Shown here piece by piece: positions 60,582 to 64,000 of a stretch of 64,000 nucleotides of DNA (positions within the stretch are counted from its first letter, which is position 1; each line of letters begins with the position of its first letter). A model generated the notes under the pieces. The model worked only from the letters and a program-made list of their open reading frames with translations, did no database searches and was not told the origin of the DNA. Made by a program: the position numbers and the translations under genes. This DNA is from Acidimicrobiaceae bacterium (GTDB lineage: Bacteria > Actinomycetota > Acidimicrobiia > Acidimicrobiales > RAAP-2): contig DAHVAJ010000109.1 in NCBI GenBank assembly GCA_027314705.1, positions 45,562 to 109,561 of the forward strand. The letters are read 5' to 3'.

Positions 60582-61417
60582 TGGCCGACCTCCCCGCCGA
60601 CGGGCCCGACGACGCGGTGGTGCGCCGGGTCGAGGACGGGGTGGCCTGGATCACCCTCAACCGGCCCGACGCCGGCAACGCCCTCACCGCGGCCATGCGG
60701 GACCAGCTCGTGGCCTGGCTCGAGGAGGCCTCCGCCGACCTCGCCGTCCGGGCGGTGGTGCTCACCGGCGCCGGGGAGCGCGGCTTCTGCACCGGCGCCG
60801 ACCTGCGGTCGGGAGGCAGTGGTCCCTCCCGGCCCGAGGGCGCCCCCGAGCGGGCCTCGGGCGACACGGCCCGGTTGATCCGCACCGGCTGGCAGCGGCT
60901 GGTGTCGGCCGTGCTCGACTGCGAGAAGCCGGTCCTGGCCGCCGTCAACGCCACCGCGGCGGGCGGGGGGATGCACCTGGCCCTGGCCTGCGACCTGGTC
61001 CTGGCGGCCGAGGAGGCGGCGTTCATCGAGGTCTTCGTCCGCCGCGGCATCGCCCCCGACGCCGGCGGGGCGTACCTGCTGGCCCGGCTCATCGGACCGC
61101 AGAAGGCGAAGCAGCTCTTCTTCTTCGGGGACCGCCTCCCGGCCGTCGAGGCCGAGCGGATGGGGCTCGTGAACAAGGTCGTGCCCCGCGCCGAGCTCCT
61201 GGCCGAGGCCGCCGCCTGGGCCGCCCGCCTGGCCGCCGGTCCGACCAAGGCCATCGGTGCCGCCAAGGCGCTCACCAACCGGGCCCTCGAGTCCGACCGG
61301 GCCACCGCCCTGTGGGACGAGGCCGTGGCCCAGGAACTGGTCACGGGGACCGACGACTGCCGGGAGGGCCTGGCCGCCTTCGCCGAGCGGCGGACGCCGG
61401 CCTTCCGGGGCTGGTGA
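60581..61417 (+). CDS. Enoyl-CoA hydratase (crotonase family)
   Basis: 278 aa. The ATG shares one nt with the upstream TGA (TGATG). Motifs: VAWITLNRPDAGNAL, LTGAGERGFCTGADL, AAVNATAAGGGMHLAL, EGLAAFAERRTPAFRG. Confidence 0.92.
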   Translation: MADLPADGPDDAVVRRVEDGVAWITLNRPDAGNALTAAMRDQLVAWLEEASADLAVRAVVLTGAGERGFCTGADLRSGGSGPSRPEGAPERASGDTARLIRTGWQRLVSAVLDCEKPVLAAVNATAAGGGMHLALACDLVLAAEEAAFIEVFVRRGIAPDAGGAYLLARLIGPQKAKQLFFFGDRLPAVEAERMGLVNKVVPRAELLAEAAAWAARLAAGPTKAIGAAKALTNRALESDRATALWDEAVAQELVTGTDDCREGLAAFAERRTPAFRGW

Positions 61418-61480
61418 CCAGGGTCCGGGCGCCTAGAACGGGTTCTCGTCGGACCGCGCCGAGATGGTAGAACCTTCCCT

Positions 61481-61936
61481 GTGAACTCGACCTGGCTCAC
61501 CACGGCGGAGTGGCTCGCCGTCCTTCGCATCGGACTCGGGCTGTGGTGGATCAAGAGCTTCCTCCACAAGGACCTCGGGGCCTGGCTCCGACGGGGGGCG
61601 GGCATCGAGTGGGGCGGCTCGGTGGCCGAGAAGCACAAGTGGCCCTTCGTGAAGAAGGGCTTCGACGCCGTCGTCCGTCCCCATCCCATCCCCATGGCCT
61701 ACGTCGTGGTCTTCTCGGAGCTCGCCCTCGGTCTCGGGCTGGCCCTCGGGTTCCTCACGCCGATCGCCGCCTTCGCCAGCATCCTCTTGAACCTCCTGTA
61801 CTTCGTACTCATGATCAGCGACTGGGCCGAACAGGGGCAGAACCTCATGATGGTCCTGGCCGCGGTGGTGGTCCTCGGCACCCACGCCTGGGACGTGTGG
61901 TCGATCGACCACGTGCTGCACCTCTTCGGGGCCTGA
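61481..61936 (+). CDS. DoxX-like small membrane protein
   Basis: 151 aa with GTG start and four hydrophobic spans (WLAVLRIGLGLWWI, AYVVVFSELALGLGLALGFL, AFASILLNLLYFVLMI, MMVLAAVVVLG). Confidence 0.65.
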   Translation: MNSTWLTTAEWLAVLRIGLGLWWIKSFLHKDLGAWLRRGAGIEWGGSVAEKHKWPFVKKGFDAVVRPHPIPMAYVVVFSELALGLGLALGFLTPIAAFASILLNLLYFVLMISDWAEQGQNLMMVLAAVVVLGTHAWDVWSIDHVLHLFGA

Positions 61937-61941
61937 GGCCC

Positions 61942-64000
61942 GTGGCCATCGGGATCCGGGAGGAGCACGAGGAGCTGCGGGCCTCGCTCGAACGGTGGGC
62001 CGAGGCCCGCGACGTCCGGGCCGCCGTGCGGGTGGCGCTCGACGCCGAGGCGGACACCTTGCCGCCCTACTGGTCCGACCTCGCCGTCCACGGCTACCTC
62101 GGCGTGCACGTGCCCGACGCCTTCGGCGGGCAGGGCGCCGGCCTCCTCGAGGCGGCCGTCGTGGCCGAGGAGCTGGGGCGCCACGCCGCGGTGGGCCCCT
62201 GGGACACCACCGCGGTGGTGGCCGCCGTGGTCCGGGATGAGGGCGGGCCGGCGGCCAAGGAGCTGCTGGCCGGTCTGGCCGACGGTTCCTGCCCGGCCTC
62301 TCTGGTCGTCCCGGCCGGCGACCCCGACGGGACGGCCCGCGCCGTCGGGGGACTGCGTGGCACCGTGGCCGACGACGGCGCCCTGGTCGTCGACGGGGAG
62401 GTCCGGCCCGTCGTCCACGGAGCCGTGGTCACCCACCTGCTCGCCCCGGTGTCCGTGGGCGACCACGAGCAGTGGGTCGTGGTCGAGCGCGGCGACGGGG
62501 TCGCCGTCACCCCCCTGCCCAGCTTCGACCCCACCCGGCCGGTGGCCGCCTGGACCCTGGCCGGCGCCGTCGTGCCCCCGGGACGCCACCTCGCGGACGC
62601 CACGACCGGCGCCGTGCGGGCCGTGACCCTCGCCGTGCTGGCCGCGGCGGCCGCGGGCGGCGCCCGCTGGTGCCTCGAGACCGCCGCCGAGCACGCCCGG
62701 ACCCGCGAGCAGTTCGGCCGGCCCATCGGGCAGTTCCAGGGCGTGAAGCACCGGCTGGCCGACATGCTGGTGGCGGCCGACCAGGCGGTGGCCGCCACCT
62801 GGGACGCCGTCACGGCGCTCGACCATCACGGCGCGACCGCCGGGCCGAGCCAGCTCGCGGTCCACCTGGCCGCCTCGCTCGCCCTCGACGGGTACGTCGA
62901 GGCGGCCAACGGGGCCATCCAGGTGCTGGGCGGGATGGGCTTCACCTGGGAGCACGACGCCCACGTCCACCTGCGGCGGGCCACCACCCTGCGCCAGCTG
63001 GTGGGTGGTACGGCCGCCCTGCGGGCCGCCGCCGCCCGTCAGGCCGTCGGGGGTGGCCGCCGACGTCTGGCCATCGACCTCCCCGACGAGGCCGAGGCGG
63101 TCCGGGCCGAGCTGGCCCCGGTCGTGGCCCGGCTGGCCGCCCTCGAGGACCCGGCCGAGCAGCGCCGGGCCCTGGCCGACGCCGGGCTGCTGGCCCCGCA
63201 CTGGCCGGCGCCCTTCGGCCGCCACGCCGGGCCCGTCGAACAGCTGGTCATCGACCAGCTGTGCGCCGAGGAGGGAGTGCGCCGACCGAACCTGGCCGTC
63301 GCCGCCTGGGCCCTGCCCACGATCATCGCCCACGGCACACCCGAGCAGACGGAGCGGTGGGTGCTCCCCACCCTGCGGGGCGAGGTCGTGTGGTGCCAGC
63401 TCTTCAGCGAGCCCGGTGCCGGCTCGGACCTCGCCTCGCTGACCACCCGGGCCGTCCGGGTGGAGGGCGGCTGGTCCCTCACCGGGCAGAAGGTCTGGAC
63501 GTCGGTGGCGGCCCGGGCCGACAGGGGGATCTGTCTGGCCCGCACCGACCCGACCGTGGCCAAGCACCGGGGCATCACCTACTTCCTGGTCGACATGCGC
63601 TCGCCCGGCGTCGAGATCCGGCCCCTGCGGGAGATCACCGGGAACGCCCTGTTCAACGAGGTCTTCCTCGACGGGTGCTTCGTCCCCGACGAGTGCGTCG
63701 TGGGCGAGGTGGGCGAGGGGTGGCGGCTGGCCCGGACGACGCTGGCCAACGAGCGGGTGTCCCTCTCGACGGACTCGGCCTTCGGCGGGGCGCTCGAGGC
63801 CGTCCTGGCCCGGGTGAGCGCCCGTCCCGAGCTGCAGGACCCCGTCACCCTCGACCGTCTGGGCACCCTGCTGGCCGAGGCGCAGTCGTTGGCCCAGCTC
63901 GGCCTGCGGGCCACCCTCCGGTCCGTGGGCGGCCTGCAGCCCGGGTCGGAGTCGAGCGTACGGAAGCTTCTCGGCGCCGAGTTCGAACAGCGGGTGCACG
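61942..64000 (+). CDS. Fused double acyl-CoA dehydrogenase (beta-alpha), C-terminus cut by window edge; paralogue of 13196..15409
   Basis: Absent from the track because there is no stop within the window. GTG 61942 (VAIGIREEHEELRASLERW). N-half: FGRPIGQFQGVKHRLADM, LGGMGFTWEHDAHVHLRRA. C-half: WCQLFSEPGAGSDLASL, GQKVWTSVAA, ANERVSLS. Confidence 0.88.
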   Translation, partial: MAIGIREEHEELRASLERWAEARDVRAAVRVALDAEADTLPPYWSDLAVHGYLGVHVPDAFGGQGAGLLEAAVVAEELGRHAAVGPWDTTAVVAAVVRDEGGPAAKELLAGLADGSCPASLVVPAGDPDGTARAVGGLRGTVADDGALVVDGEVRPVVHGAVVTHLLAPVSVGDHEQWVVVERGDGVAVTPLPSFDPTRPVAAWTLAGAVVPPGRHLADATTGAVRAVTLAVLAAAAAGGARWCLETAAEHARTREQFGRPIGQFQGVKHRLADMLVAADQAVAATWDAVTALDHHGATAGPSQLAVHLAASLALDGYVEAANGAIQVLGGMGFTWEHDAHVHLRRATTLRQLVGGTAALRAAAARQAVGGGRRRLAIDLPDEAEAVRAELAPVVARLAALEDPAEQRRALADAGLLAPHWPAPFGRHAGPVEQLVIDQLCAEEGVRRPNLAVAAWALPTIIAHGTPEQTERWVLPTLRGEVVWCQLFSEPGAGSDLASLTTRAVRVEGGWSLTGQKVWTSVAARADRGICLARTDPTVAKHRGITYFLVDMRSPGVEIRPLREITGNALFNEVFLDGCFVPDECVVGEVGEGWRLARTTLANERVSLSTDSAFGGALEAVLARVSARPELQDPVTLDRLGTLLAEAQSLAQLGLRATLRSVGGLQPGSESSVRKLLGAEFEQRVH

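Noticed and set aside
61699-63999. 766-aa minus-strand ORF at the window end
   Set aside because: Antisense to the second fused ACAD, whose plus-strand translation shows all the ACAD motifs.
1-64000. CRISPR arrays, tRNA/rRNA genes, transposases, integrases, prophage, toxin-antitoxin or defence-system genes
   Set aside because: None found. The only repeats are 2-3-copy tandem duplications of 9-24 bp with no spacer structure. No T-loop-like GGTTCGAATCC-type sequences, recombinase motifs or nuclease/ATPase defence signatures were seen in any credible ORF.

Overview
This is a 64-kb, very GC-rich chromosomal segment; by eye it is about 70% G+C or more, with strong G/C at codon position 3. It is almost certainly from an Actinomycetota genome. 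Supporting signs are an F420-type luciferase-like oxidoreductase, an LmbE/PIG-L deacetylase, TANNNT -10 boxes, leaderless-looking genes, many GTG starts and many 4-nt start/stop overlaps.

I call 58 protein genes, two of them cut by the window edges. I saw no rRNA, tRNA, CRISPR, transposase, integrase or phage genes. All family assignments come from motifs I recognise in the translated ORFs; no database search was possible.

The window is one large catabolic region built from repeated modules:
- 5 AMP-dependent acyl-CoA ligases
- 4 crotonase-fold enoyl-CoA hydratases
- 6 acyl-CoA dehydrogenase (ACAD) domains in 4 genes: two fused beta-alpha double ACADs plus one split, divergently transcribed alpha/beta pair
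- 3 thiolase-fold proteins, of which only one has the catalytic Cys/His/Cys set
- 3 cytochrome P450s and one 3Fe-4S-type ferredoxin
- 2 paralogous PF04909-type amidohydrolases
- a family III CoA-transferase/racemase-type protein, a DUF35 OB-fold protein, a MaoC-half hotdog protein and 2 TetR regulators

Interleaved with these are:
- a copper (TPQ) amine oxidase
- an N-acyl-D-amino-acid-deacylase-type amidohydrolase
- a cytosolic Cys-type sulfatase
- a class II aldolase / RidA / RraA-like operon
- a cupin plus an ureidoglycolate-lyase-like protein
- a Liv-type ABC importer with a fused LivH-LivM permease
- a GMC oxidoreductase with its small subunit, and an FGGY kinase
- a tightly coupled ABC-2 exporter / PIG-L deacetylase / SDR / Zn-ADH operon

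The parts list resembles actinobacterial steroid-side-chain or branched-lipid beta-oxidation loci, but no steroid ring-opening genes are present here.

The most checkable new observations are:
- the fused versus split beta/alpha ACAD architecture
- a stand-alone DUF35 plus Cys-less Ltp-type thiolase plus 2-hydroxyacid dehydrogenase operon
- a TetR / P450 / amidohydrolase / deacylase operon with a perfect 16-bp operator palindrome inside a leaderless TetR promoter
- several short tandem duplications sitting exactly on translation-initiation regions

The many long R/G/P-rich ORFs in the six-frame track are antisense or off-frame shadows of real genes and were rejected.
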